43,073 nt of DNA from Candidatus Woesearchaeota archaeon (lineage in GTDB: Archaea > Nanobdellota > Nanobdellia > SCGC-AAA011-G17 > ARS1403): assembly GCA_016181275.1 (NCBI GenBank), contig JACOZQ010000009.1, positions 1-43,073 on the forward strand, written 5' to 3'. A program made the translations under genes and the position numbers. Under the pieces are notes generated by a model. That model worked only from the letters and a program-made list of their open reading frames with translations, was not told where the DNA came from and made no database searches. This document shows positions 8,642 to 18,990 of the stretch, piece by piece (within the stretch, counting starts at the first letter, position 1; each line of letters opens with the position of its first letter).

Positions 8642-10068
8642 CTCAAAAGTTTTCTAAAAAGATTCTCTTTCTCAGGAAATTCGAATTCAGGCTCTTCAGG
8701 AATGACAGTAGCAGCATCCTCTTTTCCTTCAAGTTCTATCTCCTCATCAAGAATTTTAGCATCAGCATTTTTTCCATTTTCAAATTCATTAATTTCAATT
8801 TCAGCATTCTCCATTTCATAGAGCTCGAATTTATCGCCAATCAACAATTCATCTTTTGCCTCACTACCAAAGCTCTCAATAAGTTTAATTTCAGATTTAT
8901 AAGTAAAATCTCCATTGAGCTCGGGTACGCTTAAAATCCAGCTCAATTTTTTTTCTTCTCTGGGTTTTAGCAAGATTACTTTACTATTATCTCCAACTAT
9001 TCCAGGAGCATTGGTTATGTAAACAAGTGTAGATAAATAATAATTCTGCAAATTTTTAACCGAGACTTCAAGCGGAACCAAGCTACTTCCTCTGACTTTA
9101 TCATAAACTACATTAGCATCGAGCTCAATTAATGGAAAGATTTTATCTCCTCTTTCAATTATGCTTGTATTTAATTCGAGGTTTTTATTTTTTAATCCGA
9201 CTTTTACAGCCTTCCATGTATATTCAACGCTTGGTTCGTTAGACCCAACACTTTCAGCAAGTTTCACATGCCCAGTATCGACCCATCCGTACTGGCCGAA
9301 TGTTACATCAAATGGAATCCAGCCATATCCAGGGAAATAAACCTCAGCCCAAGCATGTGGAGCCCATCCCTCTTCAACAGCATCACTGTAAGCAATTCCT
9401 ACGACGTATCTAACAGGAATATTCATGCTTCTCATAAATGAAACAAACAAGTTGGTTATCTCATCACAAACACCATATCTATTCTCCAATACCCAGCTGC
9501 TTTTCTGTACAGCATCCTCTGTCAAAGTGCTCAAATTATATTCGACATTTGTCCTTACCCATTCAGCAATTTTAAAAGTGGTTTCATATAAAGTGTCGCT
9601 TCCAGCAGAAATTTCCAGTGCTTTCTCTCTGATAGCGGGAGTAATATCCGTAAACTCGCTTTCCTTTACATATTTTTTCAGTTCATTAGACAGCTCAAAG
9701 TTCACAAGAGGGACATCAGTTGGTATTTGAAATATCCTATTCCAGACTTTTACTTTAGCATCATATCCAAAGCTTAATTTTTCAAATTCATCATCCCATC
9801 TATAATCAATAGAGTTTCTTTGGACAATGCTTGCACTTGGATTATGTTCTAGCTTCAAATCGATCACGTCTTCTCTATAAGAACTCTTTGGAAAAAGTTT
9901 AAGGTCGGCAGAAAAATATTCCAATCTAGAATTTGAATTTTGAAAATCCAGCTCGACATCGCCGTCTATTCTTACTTCAACAATTTGAAAATCTAAGTCA
10001 CTCTGAGCAAAAACAATAGGAAAAAATAATAATACAATTAAAATAATGAAATTTTTTTTAAGAGACAT
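8623..10068 (-). CDS. Secreted transglutaminase-like cysteine protease-fold protein
   Basis: Signal peptide MSLKKNFIILIVLLFFPIVFAQS. Transglutaminase core YGVCDEITNLFVSFMRSMNIPVRYVVG ... HAWAEVYFPGYGWIPFD (Cys-His-Asp). Confidence 0.75.
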   Translation of the reverse strand: MSLKKNFIILIVLLFFPIVFAQSDLDFQIVEVRIDGDVELDFQNSNSRLEYFSADLKLFPKSSYREDVIDLKLEHNPSASIVQRNSIDYRWDDEFEKLSFGYDAKVKVWNRIFQIPTDVPLVNFELSNELKKYVKESEFTDITPAIREKALEISAGSDTLYETTFKIAEWVRTNVEYNLSTLTEDAVQKSSWVLENRYGVCDEITNLFVSFMRSMNIPVRYVVGIAYSDAVEEGWAPHAWAEVYFPGYGWIPFDVTFGQYGWVDTGHVKLAESVGSNEPSVEYTWKAVKVGLKNKNLELNTSIIERGDKIFPLIELDANVVYDKVRGSSLVPLEVSVKNLQNYYLSTLVYITNAPGIVGDNSKVILLKPREEKKLSWILSVPELNGDFTYKSEIKLIESFGSEAKDELLIGDKFELYEMENAEIEINEFENGKNADAKILDEEIELEGKEDAATVIPEEPEFEFPEKENLFRKLLRWLGWI

Positions 10069-11146
10069 ATTTCCTCAGCAGTTTTGTAAATCTGTCAAAA
10101 TCATCTTTATGAATCTCCATAGCGGCAGCATGTTCATGTCCTCCTCCAGTGCATTTTATCTCATTGCATATTTTATCTATTATTCTAGGAAGCTCAACAT
10201 CTCCAATGCTGCTCCTTAAACTAATCCTAATCTGCTCATCTTTAATTCTGCACACAGCAATTATTTTTCCAGGAAATCTATGAAGAAGCTCATTAGCTAA
10301 ATTAGGTGTGAAGCTCACATCATTGGCAAGATATGTAAATACAACTAATCTCTTTGATCCTTTATTTTCATTTACAGCTTTCTTAAATAAATCAGAATAT
10401 TTTTTTTGGAATTTTTCAGCGCTTTCAAATAATCTTTTCCCATGATCTGTTTTCTTCTCCAGTATTTCAAAAGGATCTCTTATTTTGGATAAAGTATCTA
10501 TATTTTTTTTCACATCCAAAGTTTTTCCTTTTAGGACAAATGAAATAATCCTTACAAGCTCGCCAAGTTTTGTTTTATAAAGAACATCATCTGGCTTGAT
10601 ATTTTTGAGAAGAGAAATATTATCGACAAACCCGGGATATTTCTTTTTAAATTCTGAAAATAGGGCAAGACTCCAATCAGCTGTAACTCCAGCAGCAGCC
10701 AGCCACATATCCTGTCTAGCAATCCTATAACAAATATAGCTCGTAGGCCTGTTGTCTTTTTTATTTCTAATTCTAGGGTTATAATAATGAACGCCTTTTA
10801 CTTTTGCAACTTCATGATGGTCTATCCATATTTTAGTAACATCGATTTTATCAAAAACATCCTGATTCAGTGTTGGCTTATCGAGGAAGACAACAACATC
10901 TGGGTTGAATTCATTTATTTTTTTCAAATACAATTCTTCCTCATTAAGATGAGATCCTCTAACTCTTATTATCACGCCATTGCCCTTTCCAAATTTTCTC
11001 TTCAGCAACAAGTAGCTCACAACTCCATCAGGATCATCATCGTAAAAATACAATGGATTAATGCTTTTCTCAAGCAACTCTCTTATTTTCATTAGTGTTG
11101 TCATTTCCATCTCCAGTATTTTCCAATTTAGCCAAGGCTTTATCAA
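10058..11146 (-). CDS. DHH/DHHA1 phosphoesterase (RecJ-like / nanoRNase-like)
   Basis: Motifs: FYDDDPDGVVS (DxD), VVVFLD, IWIDHHEV (DHH) and TGGGHEHAAA (DHHA1 GGGH). The start is probably one of the internal Met codons (11110-11092), because the first codons overlap the upstream gene. Confidence 0.75.
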   Translation of the reverse strand: MIKPWLNWKILEMEMTTLMKIRELLEKSINPLYFYDDDPDGVVSYLLLKRKFGKGNGVIIRVRGSHLNEEELYLKKINEFNPDVVVFLDKPTLNQDVFDKIDVTKIWIDHHEVAKVKGVHYYNPRIRNKKDNRPTSYICYRIARQDMWLAAAGVTADWSLALFSEFKKKYPGFVDNISLLKNIKPDDVLYKTKLGELVRIISFVLKGKTLDVKKNIDTLSKIRDPFEILEKKTDHGKRLFESAEKFQKKYSDLFKKAVNENKGSKRLVVFTYLANDVSFTPNLANELLHRFPGKIIAVCRIKDEQIRISLRSSIGDVELPRIIDKICNEIKCTGGGHEHAAAMEIHKDDFDRFTKLLRKYVS

Positions 11147-12245
11147 CCTGCTCCTGCTTCCATCCCTGCTTTAAAGACTGCATGATTAAATCTTCTTTTT
11201 TATATTTATTCAAGTTAGTTTTAAAATAGGAGATCAATGGGTTTAGCTCAATTTCCTCAAGGCTTTTAGTTTTATCCTCGTATAATTCTTTTCCAGTTTG
11301 ATCTGAGCTGATTTCTTTTTTATCTTTTTTAAAAACACCGATGATTTTATTAAAAATATTTTTTTCATCAGTTATTGTTTCATTACTTTCTATTTTCAAA
11401 TTTCTCCTTTTTCTTTTCCCTATAAATATTATTCCTGTGACAATAGCAATAACCAAAACAGCAAATAGCACAAGCCATGATATCAAGCCGAAATTAAAAT
11501 CATCCTTCTTTACAACACAGATACTATTAATGCATTCGGAATTAATAGAACAGGAAACATCAGCAGCGCAATTGCTGCAATTTTCATTGCCTTCTTTTAT
11601 TCCATTGCCGCAAACAGGCTCTATCTTCTCAGGCTCAGTAGTAGCATTAGGAGGATTTACAATCTTCTCGGCCAGAACAGAGATTATCCAATTTTTTGTA
11701 AAATTATCAGCAACAGCTTTTAGATTGTATAGTTTAACTTCGTTCTTTGAAAAGCTATAAACGCTTCCAGTTTGGTTTAGCAAGACATCATCTAAAAACC
11801 ATTGCACATTATCAGCCCCACTAACAGCAAAATTCCTTGCTTCATTCTGTATCAGCTGAAGAGAATCGGTATTCGGAGAAAATGTAATTGCAGGAAATTC
11901 AGCAGCTACAATTATTTTAATATCATTACTCTCAGCAACAGTAAGATCATCATCAGCCAAAAAGATAATTGATTTAGCTTTTTTAGATCTTGGGATCATA
12001 TCGACTTTTCCATTTGAATTAATAGAAACATCAACGCCTTCTAATCCAAATTCCCCAGGTTTAAATTTATAAGTGAGCTGGTTGCTGCTGTTAAAATAAA
12101 CAGACAAGTCAACAACGTTTTTATTTATCCCTTCATTTAAAGTAATCTCGGGAATTGTTCCGTTGAAAACAACGGTATCAGATTGTGCAGGAAGATTTAA
12201 GCTAAATAAAATAAACAAAAACAGAAATATCAAACCTCTTTTCAT
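11070..12245 (-). CDS. Type I membrane protein: secreted Ig-like/Cys-knot ectodomain, one TM, Lys/Glu-rich cytoplasmic tail
   Basis: Signal MKRGLIFLFLFILFSLNLPAQS. Cys cluster CGNGIKEGNENCSNCAADVSCSINSECINSIC. TM segment ISWLVLFAVLVIAIVTGIIFIG followed by KRKRR. Confidence 0.6.
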   Translation of the reverse strand: MKRGLIFLFLFILFSLNLPAQSDTVVFNGTIPEITLNEGINKNVVDLSVYFNSSNQLTYKFKPGEFGLEGVDVSINSNGKVDMIPRSKKAKSIIFLADDDLTVAESNDIKIIVAAEFPAITFSPNTDSLQLIQNEARNFAVSGADNVQWFLDDVLLNQTGSVYSFSKNEVKLYNLKAVADNFTKNWIISVLAEKIVNPPNATTEPEKIEPVCGNGIKEGNENCSNCAADVSCSINSECINSICVVKKDDFNFGLISWLVLFAVLVIAIVTGIIFIGKRKRRNLKIESNETITDEKNIFNKIIGVFKKDKKEISSDQTGKELYEDKTKSLEEIELNPLISYFKTNLNKYKKEDLIMQSLKQGWKQEQVDKALAKLENTGDGNDNTNENKRVA

Positions 12246-12289
12246 AAAATAATTAAGGAAATTTTCTATATAAAATTACCTATTTTACA

Positions 12290-12856
12290 TTATTTTGCTC
12301 TTCTTTTTTTATTAGCTCTTACACTCGGCCTAGATTTTTCAAATCCATCTCCTTTTCCTCTCAATCCCCTACTTTTTCTTCCAGAGCTGGTTAGTCCCCT
12401 ATAAACCCTTCCCCTCATTCTGGCAATATTCCTCAATTGTTTGTCATTTTTAATTTGGGGATGATCTCTGTCAATTAATATTATTTCAGCAAAATAATGC
12501 CTGCCGTCTTTCAATAAAGGATAGCTTCCAAGCACTTCGCAATTTTTATATTTTCTATTAGCCCTCTGCTCGCAAATCCATTTATAGTTCATTCCGAGAA
12601 CTTTTCTAGAAGTCTGCCTTTTGCTTCTTCTTCCCTTTTTAGTCGGTCTAGGTCTTTGCCTTCCTCCTCTCTCAACTCTAACCCTAATAATAAGTATCCC
12701 TTGTTTAGCCCTGTATCCTAAGCTTCTAGCCCTATCTAATCTAGTAGGCCTATCGATTCTGACAATGGCATTGGAATTTCTCCATTCAATTAATCTTGAA
12801 TGCTTTAATTCTTTGCTTAGGTTTCTCCAGTTTTCTCTTATACTCTTATAGAACAT
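12290..12856 (-). CDS. rpl15e: 50S ribosomal protein L15e
   Basis: RPTRLDRARSLGYRAKQGILIIRVRVERGGRQRPRP... and a basic C-terminus. This family occurs only in archaea and eukaryotes. Confidence 0.9.
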   Translation of the reverse strand: MFYKSIRENWRNLSKELKHSRLIEWRNSNAIVRIDRPTRLDRARSLGYRAKQGILIIRVRVERGGRQRPRPTKKGRRSKRQTSRKVLGMNYKWICEQRANRKYKNCEVLGSYPLLKDGRHYFAEIILIDRDHPQIKNDKQLRNIARMRGRVYRGLTSSGRKSRGLRGKGDGFEKSRPSVRANKKRRAK

Positions 12857-12920
12857 AGTTTTATTCTCAAATTTTCAACTTTTAAAGCTTTCCATTTTCT
12901 AAGTCGAATGCGGGTGATAG

Positions 12921-15900
12921 TTATCTTTTAAGCCTAATTTTACCTTTATCGTCTTCTATTAGATTATTTTTTATTAAATAGCTAGTCGCTTCTTCTACCT
13001 TATCCCTTATCTTATTTCCCGTTCTATTGTTATGATAAATTACTCTTGCTATGTCCGAGACTATTGCTTCTTTAGTCATACTAAAAGAGTTCTTCAAAAT
13101 ATCGATTATTGCCCCTGCTAATTCTTCCTTTGGGATTAAAATAAATGGTCTATCGGTTTCTTTTGAAATTCTTACTGCACAAAGGGTTTCAATTGGTTCA
13201 AGAGAAATGGTGTTTTGATATATGTTGATTCCTTTTTCTTTCTTTAGCTCTTTTATTGTTTCATCGAATAAAACTTCTATTCTTCTACCTAATTTTTGAA
13301 TTCCTATAGAAATTAGTACACGCTTATATAATAGCCCTTTCTCAATGGGACTTTCTATTTCTAAAATTTCAATCATTCTTTTTTTAATGAGAGAAATAGC
13401 AGAATAATTATTAAGATTACCATATCCATCAAACTCTAAATTCATTCTGTGTAATGGGAGTTCTGCAATTTTATATTTCTTGTACTTATTTTTTAAGTCA
13501 ATTTCATTAAAATCTTCTTTTTCTTCAATCTCTAAGAAATGTGTTTTTTGTTTATACTCTAAAATTCCTTTAGATCTTAAGATTTCCTTTACTTTATTTT
13601 TTATTCTTTCAAGCTCATACTCTTTATTATTCAGCCAATCATCAGACCAGATCCTAATCATGTTCCAACCTAAATTTTCTAAAACCATCTGTCTAATTTT
13701 ATCTCTATCTCTTGCAAATCTTGAAGAGTGATATTGAGAGCCATCGCATTCAACACCCAATATATACTCTCCTAGTTTTTTTGGATGCTTGATTGCTAAA
13801 TCAATTCGATAACCTGAAAAACCAACTTGACAACTTACATCAAAACCCCCATTTATTAGTTCTTGGTATACTGCTTCTTCAAAAGAAGAATCGAATTGAA
13901 GCCCTTCTGTTTTCTGTAGAAATTTAGTAAAATCTTTATTTTTAGTAAAATCTAAATAATATTTTAGATATCTTACACCTTCAGCATTGATTTTATCTTC
14001 ATCCAAATCCTCAGGAAGCATAGAAGAGACAACAACCGTTTTAAATCTTGAACGAGTTATAGAAACATTAAGTCTTTTGTATCCCCCTTCTTTATTTAAT
14101 GGACCAAAATTATAACTAAATTTCCCAGAAGAATCTTTACCATAACCAATACTTAAAATAATTATATCTCTTTCATCTCCTTGTACTGTTTCAAGATTTT
14201 TTATAAATAATTCTTCATTATGAAGATCAATGGATTCCTCAATTTGTATATCTGCAATTTGAAACTCTTCTCTAATAGCATTTTCTTGTGCCATACTAAA
14301 TGCTATAATCCCTAATGATTTTTTTGGAAATTTCTTTTTTAAGTCAAGATAAATCTTAACTGTCTCTCTTGCTTCAACTCTATTTTTTCTAGATTTTCCT
14401 CTATCATATACCCCGCTTTTAACATATACAAAATCTAGTCCACTATCATCTTTTTCTCTAGGATTTGGGAATGTTATTAAACGATTTTCATAGAAAAATC
14501 TATTTGAAAATGAAATAAGTGTTTCGTTATTGCTCCTATAATGCCAGTCCAAAGATTTTGTTCTGAATTTCGTTATTGATTCACTTAAGAAACTCTCTAA
14601 ATCTTCAATTTCCTCTTCGGTTTCATCTTCTTGACTTAAAAAAAATGAAGTAGGTGGAAGTTGTTGAGTGTCACCCATAATAATAGCTTGTTTTGCTCTA
14701 ATTAAACAAGGAACCGCATCTTCCGGCATAATTTGTGAAGCTTCATCAAAAATTACCACATCAAATTTTATGGATTTGGGATTAATATACTGGCTTACGG
14801 TTAGAGGACTCATCATAAAACAAGGCTTTAATGCAAAAGCCAAATCAGGGATTTGTTCAAGAAGATCTCTAATCGGCTTTAATTTCCTCTTTTTTTCATT
14901 TTCTCTTTTAAGAATTGAAACTTCACTTTGACCACTACCGGAATAATTGTCTTTTGGTTGTCTACTTTCTACAGATTCCATAATTTTATATCTGAAAACT
15001 TCCCTAACCTTCAAATCATCATTCCTAAATTTTGCTATAAGTCTTTTTGGTGAAAATTTATTAGTCTTCTTTAAGATCTCTTCTAAAACTTGTAAATAAT
15101 ATGACTTAAGAAAGACTTTACTAAATTCACTCTTCTTTGTTTCCGCAAGATATTTAGTGATAAAATTATTTATTTCAGCGTCCAATTTAATAAAATCTTC
15201 TTTAAATGCTAGAACATCATTTATATTCTTAAACTGAGAATTTAATTTCTCTAAAACTTGCAGAATACCCTGAAACTTATCTAAACCGGTTAATAATTTT
15301 TTTTCAAAGAAATTTTCGATTTCAGTTAAAACAGAATAAAAATCATCAAACATTTGTCTTTGATTATGGTTAACTAATAATTGCATAATTGCATAATTTT
15401 TTGTCTTTGAAAGCTTATCCGAAATCTCAAATAAAGAAACTAAATCTTTACAATATTTATTTAATTTGGATATGGCTGTTAAATTCTTACAGTCCCCTAC
15501 GACCTCACACTTTTTCTTGTTTTTAGAAATAAGATCGGATAATTTTTTGTCTAGTTTTTCATAATTATTCTTTTTCTCAAAAAGAGAGATATAATCAGAA
15601 TGACTTATTTTTACTTTAGCATAAGCGTCTATTTCTTTCTTGCAAGCCTTATATTCAGAATTCAATAATCTTGAAAATAACGATGTCTCTTTGAATACTT
15701 TTTCTATTTTTTTAGAATTTAGTTCATCAATAAATGAATCTTTTGTTTTTGTAGTAATCTCGCTTCTTATATCCTTCAATTCTGAAAGCAGATTGAATAA
15801 TTCATCTATCAAAGAAGCATACTCTTCAAAATCTTTCGAGACTAAAAAGGAAAACTCCTTATTAAATTTAAATGAATGAATCTTCTCGTTTAATTTCTTT

Positions 15901-17438
15901 AGTAGATTTATATCGCTAACTAATTTTATTTCTATTCCTGTTTCTATTTTTAACTTATTTAAAAGATCATTTAATACTTTGTTACTGTCATTGAATTTCT
16001 TTAGACAAGAATTAAATCGATTTATTGATAGAGCAGTGTTTTTATCTTTTTGATAATTGAAATACACATTTTCCAAAGGATTGCCTAATAAATTGAAAGA
16101 AGAATTAAATCTTGTTAGTTTATCCAACATTATAGAAAATTCTTTTTTATTTAGCGAAACTGTTCTTTTTAGGGGATGGTCAATAATTTCATTTTTGTCT
16201 AATTTTGCTAATTCCCCTCTAATATCATAAACTGATAAATCCCATGGGGAATGTTTCTCACATAAAAATTTATAAAATTCGTTGATTTCTTTTTGAGACC
16301 CTAGGTAAGATGATATGTCTTCCCTTTTCATTGCAGAAGGAATTATAGGAGATGTTTGAAGTTCTTTCATTAGCTGTTTTATGATTTCTCTCTTATTTCC
16401 TTTATAATTATGTAAATTCAGACAGTATCTTCCTAATCCTACTTCATCAAGTCTCTTTTGAACTACATTTAAGGCAGCCATTTTCTGGCTTACAAAAAGA
16501 ATTTTTTTATTCTTTTCAATCAATGCAGAAATAATGTTTGCAATGGTTTGACTTTTACCTGTACCAGGAGGGCCTTGCAACACAAAAGTAACTCCTGCTT
16601 TTGCTAACTCTATTGCTCTTTTTTGTGAAGAATCAGCAGGTAAAACATCAATGCTATTCGCATCGTCAAATTCGTCTCTTTGTGATTCTGAAATCTCATC
16701 TTGTAAGGCATCTCTATCTCCGACATAAGCTTTAATCAAAGGACTATCCTTAACAAGCTTTTCGTTAAAGCTTAAATCTTCATACATAATGAATTTTTGA
16801 TAGGAAAATATGTCCAAATAAATATCTTCAGTAATTTTCCAATCTTTCATGCCTTCTAATTCATTTTTTAAATAAGATATGTATTCAGTAGACGTCTGAC
16901 CATCGAAATTTTTTATATCAATACCAAAATCATGTAATAATTTTTCTTTTAGAGCGGGATTTAATTTTATCTCTCCCGAATTAGAGTCAATTTCAAATCT
17001 GTGAGTGTCTTTGCTGACAACAGATAACCTATTCATTTCAATAGGATATAAAAAAATAGGAGCTTCTAAAAATAATTCAGAGTCATCTGATTCTTTATAC
17101 TTCAGAATCCCCAAGGAAACAAAACAAGTACTTATTCCTAATTCTTGGAAATTTTCCTTTGCTTTTAAGTAAAGTGCATATAATTTTTTATCAGTTATTT
17201 CTTTATCTTCAGAACATAGCCATTGCCTATCTTTGGCACTTTCTTTTTTATCTTTAAGAATAAACACATTTTGTTCGTGATCCAAATCTTCTATTATTTT
17301 TGAAAAAGATGGGGAGGTTATCTTAATAGATTTTGATTTTGTAAATCTGTATCTTACGAGATTATTTCTTTTAGACAAGTCAATAAGTTTTTTCTTCCAA
17401 TAATCTATTTTTTTATCAATGACTTTAGTTAAATCCAT
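12921..17438 (-). CDS. 1505-aa DUF4011 / Upf1-like SF1 helicase / Vsr(DUF559)-like endonuclease / DUF3320-type protein
   Basis: N-terminal DLSKRNNLVRYR (DUF4011 hallmark). Walker A at VLQGPPGTGKSQTI, motif II at VIFDEASQ, then VQGDERDIIILS and LNVSITRSR (AAA_12). Nuclease core GYRIDLAIKHP...GVECDGSQYHSSRFARDRDKIRQMVLENLGWNMIRIWSDDW. Confidence 0.8.
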   Translation of the reverse strand: MDLTKVIDKKIDYWKKKLIDLSKRNNLVRYRFTKSKSIKITSPSFSKIIEDLDHEQNVFILKDKKESAKDRQWLCSEDKEITDKKLYALYLKAKENFQELGISTCFVSLGILKYKESDDSELFLEAPIFLYPIEMNRLSVVSKDTHRFEIDSNSGEIKLNPALKEKLLHDFGIDIKNFDGQTSTEYISYLKNELEGMKDWKITEDIYLDIFSYQKFIMYEDLSFNEKLVKDSPLIKAYVGDRDALQDEISESQRDEFDDANSIDVLPADSSQKRAIELAKAGVTFVLQGPPGTGKSQTIANIISALIEKNKKILFVSQKMAALNVVQKRLDEVGLGRYCLNLHNYKGNKREIIKQLMKELQTSPIIPSAMKREDISSYLGSQKEINEFYKFLCEKHSPWDLSVYDIRGELAKLDKNEIIDHPLKRTVSLNKKEFSIMLDKLTRFNSSFNLLGNPLENVYFNYQKDKNTALSINRFNSCLKKFNDSNKVLNDLLNKLKIETGIEIKLVSDINLLKKLNEKIHSFKFNKEFSFLVSKDFEEYASLIDELFNLLSELKDIRSEITTKTKDSFIDELNSKKIEKVFKETSLFSRLLNSEYKACKKEIDAYAKVKISHSDYISLFEKKNNYEKLDKKLSDLISKNKKKCEVVGDCKNLTAISKLNKYCKDLVSLFEISDKLSKTKNYAIMQLLVNHNQRQMFDDFYSVLTEIENFFEKKLLTGLDKFQGILQVLEKLNSQFKNINDVLAFKEDFIKLDAEINNFITKYLAETKKSEFSKVFLKSYYLQVLEEILKKTNKFSPKRLIAKFRNDDLKVREVFRYKIMESVESRQPKDNYSGSGQSEVSILKRENEKKRKLKPIRDLLEQIPDLAFALKPCFMMSPLTVSQYINPKSIKFDVVIFDEASQIMPEDAVPCLIRAKQAIIMGDTQQLPPTSFFLSQEDETEEEIEDLESFLSESITKFRTKSLDWHYRSNNETLISFSNRFFYENRLITFPNPREKDDSGLDFVYVKSGVYDRGKSRKNRVEARETVKIYLDLKKKFPKKSLGIIAFSMAQENAIREEFQIADIQIEESIDLHNEELFIKNLETVQGDERDIIILSIGYGKDSSGKFSYNFGPLNKEGGYKRLNVSITRSRFKTVVVSSMLPEDLDEDKINAEGVRYLKYYLDFTKNKDFTKFLQKTEGLQFDSSFEEAVYQELINGGFDVSCQVGFSGYRIDLAIKHPKKLGEYILGVECDGSQYHSSRFARDRDKIRQMVLENLGWNMIRIWSDDWLNNKEYELERIKNKVKEILRSKGILEYKQKTHFLEIEEKEDFNEIDLKNKYKKYKIAELPLHRMNLEFDGYGNLNNYSAISLIKKRMIEILEIESPIEKGLLYKRVLISIGIQKLGRRIEVLFDETIKELKKEKGINIYQNTISLEPIETLCAVRISKETDRPFILIPKEELAGAIIDILKNSFSMTKEAIVSDIARVIYHNNRTGNKIRDKVEEATSYLIKNNLIEDDKGKIRLKR

Positions 17439-17446
17439 GTTATTAC

Positions 17447-17593
17447 CTACTTAACCTCTTTCTTTCTAGGCGTATTCCAATAAGGTGATTTACATTTTGG
17501 GCATACCTTTGGCTCTTCAATAGTTGTTTCTCGAGGAACCCATTTATGCCCGCAACGTTCGCAAACATAGCCTTCTAATTTAACTTTTCCCAT
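17447..17593 (-). CDS. 48-aa zinc-ribbon protein (below the ORF-track size cutoff)
   Basis: Hand translation: MGKVKLEGYVCERCGHKWVPRETTIEEPKVCPKCKSPYWNTPRKKEVK*. It has CxxC...CxxC. The stop lies 8 nt upstream of the helicase ATG on the same strand. Confidence 0.6.
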   Translation of the reverse strand: MGKVKLEGYVCERCGHKWVPRETTIEEPKVCPKCKSPYWNTPRKKEVK

Positions 17594-18990
17594 ATTGAAT
17601 AGTTATATTCTCTTTAGTATATAAGTTTTACTATCTTACTAACCGAAAGGTTTAAATACTTAATAGTATATTATTAATAGGTATATAGGTAATGATTATG
17701 GAACAACCGCAACCTTTCAGAAAAAAGAAAAGAGTATCAGATAAAAACCTTTCTCTTAGCCGCAAGATTAAAGGATATGCAATTTTAGCAAAGGGAGATA
17801 TGCCAATAGCAGTAAGTGAAGAAGAGTTCTTAATTCCCTCTCAAAGCTCTAATAAGAAGTATAAAGTAACTAATATTTCTGGATGGAATTGTGAATGTCA
17901 AGATTTCCAAAATAGACATAGTGATTGCAAGCATATTCACGCTATTAAGCTCTGGATTAAGTTAAGAGCAAAGCCAGAAATAGAAGACTTGGAAATAGAT
18001 ACAAATGAAGAAAAGTGTATCTACTGCAATTCTCTTAATATTGTAAAAAATGGAGCAAGAAAAACAGTTATAGAGAATAAGCAAAGATTCAAATGCAAGG
18101 ATTGCGAAAAGAGATTTGTTCTTGATCCTATAAAGAAAATCAAAGGTAATGGTAAAATAGTAACTTTAGCAATGGACTTATACTTCAAAGGATTATCACT
18201 AAGAGATATTTCAGATACATTATTTCAATTCTACAATTTAAGAGTTCATTTTGATACAATAAGAAGATGGATCAGCAAATACACACAAATAATGGATAAT
18301 TATACAAAAAATTTCAAACCAGAATTAAGCGACAAATGGCACGTTGATGAGCAGATGATAAAATCAAAGAAAGATTATATCTGGTGCTGGAATGTTCTAG
18401 ATAGCGAAACAAGATTTTTGATAGCAAATAATATAACAAGAGGCAGAGAGATTACAGACGCAAGAGCAGTATTGAAAATAGCAAAGGAAAACATAAAAGA
18501 AAATCCTAAAGAGATTGTTACAGATGGCTTATGGTCGTACAATAGAGCAATCAGGAAAGAATTTGTTACAAAAAGAACAAGTCCAAATGCTGTTCTTCAT
18601 TCAAGAAATGCAGGAATAGCAAAGAAACTTCTTAACAACAATATGGTTGAACGCTATCATAATGAATTTAGAGAATTCGACAAAGTAAGAAGAGGATTTA
18701 AGTCAGATGAAACAGCACAGCAATGGAATGATGCCTTTAGACTTTATCATAACTTCATTAAGAAACACATGGCTCTGAATGGAGCAACACCTTCTCAAGT
18801 AGCAGAAATAGACCTAGGATTAGGCAGAAACAGATGGTTAAGTCTGCTAAAACAAAGTCTTAATCACCCGAATACGACAAAAAAGGATGTAATTTTAAAA
18901 TGACCCTTTAATACGACAGAGAGCCATTTTCTATTTTAAAATTTATAAATTGCATAAGTACGCAAAAATATTTATACTAATAAAAGATAA
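17594..18990 (+). mobile_element. IS6-family-like insertion sequence; ends not resolved
   Basis: It contains the transposase gene below. I could not find convincing terminal inverted repeats in the AT-rich flanks; the only match is a weak TTAGTATA / TATACTAA at about 17614 and 18974. The coordinates are the maximal intergenic span. Confidence 0.35.
17692..18903 (+). CDS. Transposase: SWIM zinc finger, IS1-like zinc ribbon and IS6/IS240-type DDE domain
   Basis: SWIM motif CECQDFQNRHSDCKHIH. Zinc ribbon CIYCNS...FKCKDCEKRF. DDE residues: WHVDEQMI, IVTDGLWSY, NNMVERYHNEFREFDKVRRGFKS (the IS6-like E and K/R region). Confidence 0.75.
   Translation: MIMEQPQPFRKKKRVSDKNLSLSRKIKGYAILAKGDMPIAVSEEEFLIPSQSSNKKYKVTNISGWNCECQDFQNRHSDCKHIHAIKLWIKLRAKPEIEDLEIDTNEEKCIYCNSLNIVKNGARKTVIENKQRFKCKDCEKRFVLDPIKKIKGNGKIVTLAMDLYFKGLSLRDISDTLFQFYNLRVHFDTIRRWISKYTQIMDNYTKNFKPELSDKWHVDEQMIKSKKDYIWCWNVLDSETRFLIANNITRGREITDARAVLKIAKENIKENPKEIVTDGLWSYNRAIRKEFVTKRTSPNAVLHSRNAGIAKKLLNNNMVERYHNEFREFDKVRRGFKSDETAQQWNDAFRLYHNFIKKHMALNGATPSQVAEIDLGLGRNRWLSLLKQSLNHPNTTKKDVILK

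Noticed and set aside
17610-18990. Candidate terminal inverted repeats of the IS (TCTCTTTAGTATATAAG near 17610 versus the reverse complement of about 18965..18990)
   Set aside because: Only an 8-mer (TTAGTATA) matches cleanly in very AT-rich sequence, which could be chance. I therefore left the element boundaries unresolved.
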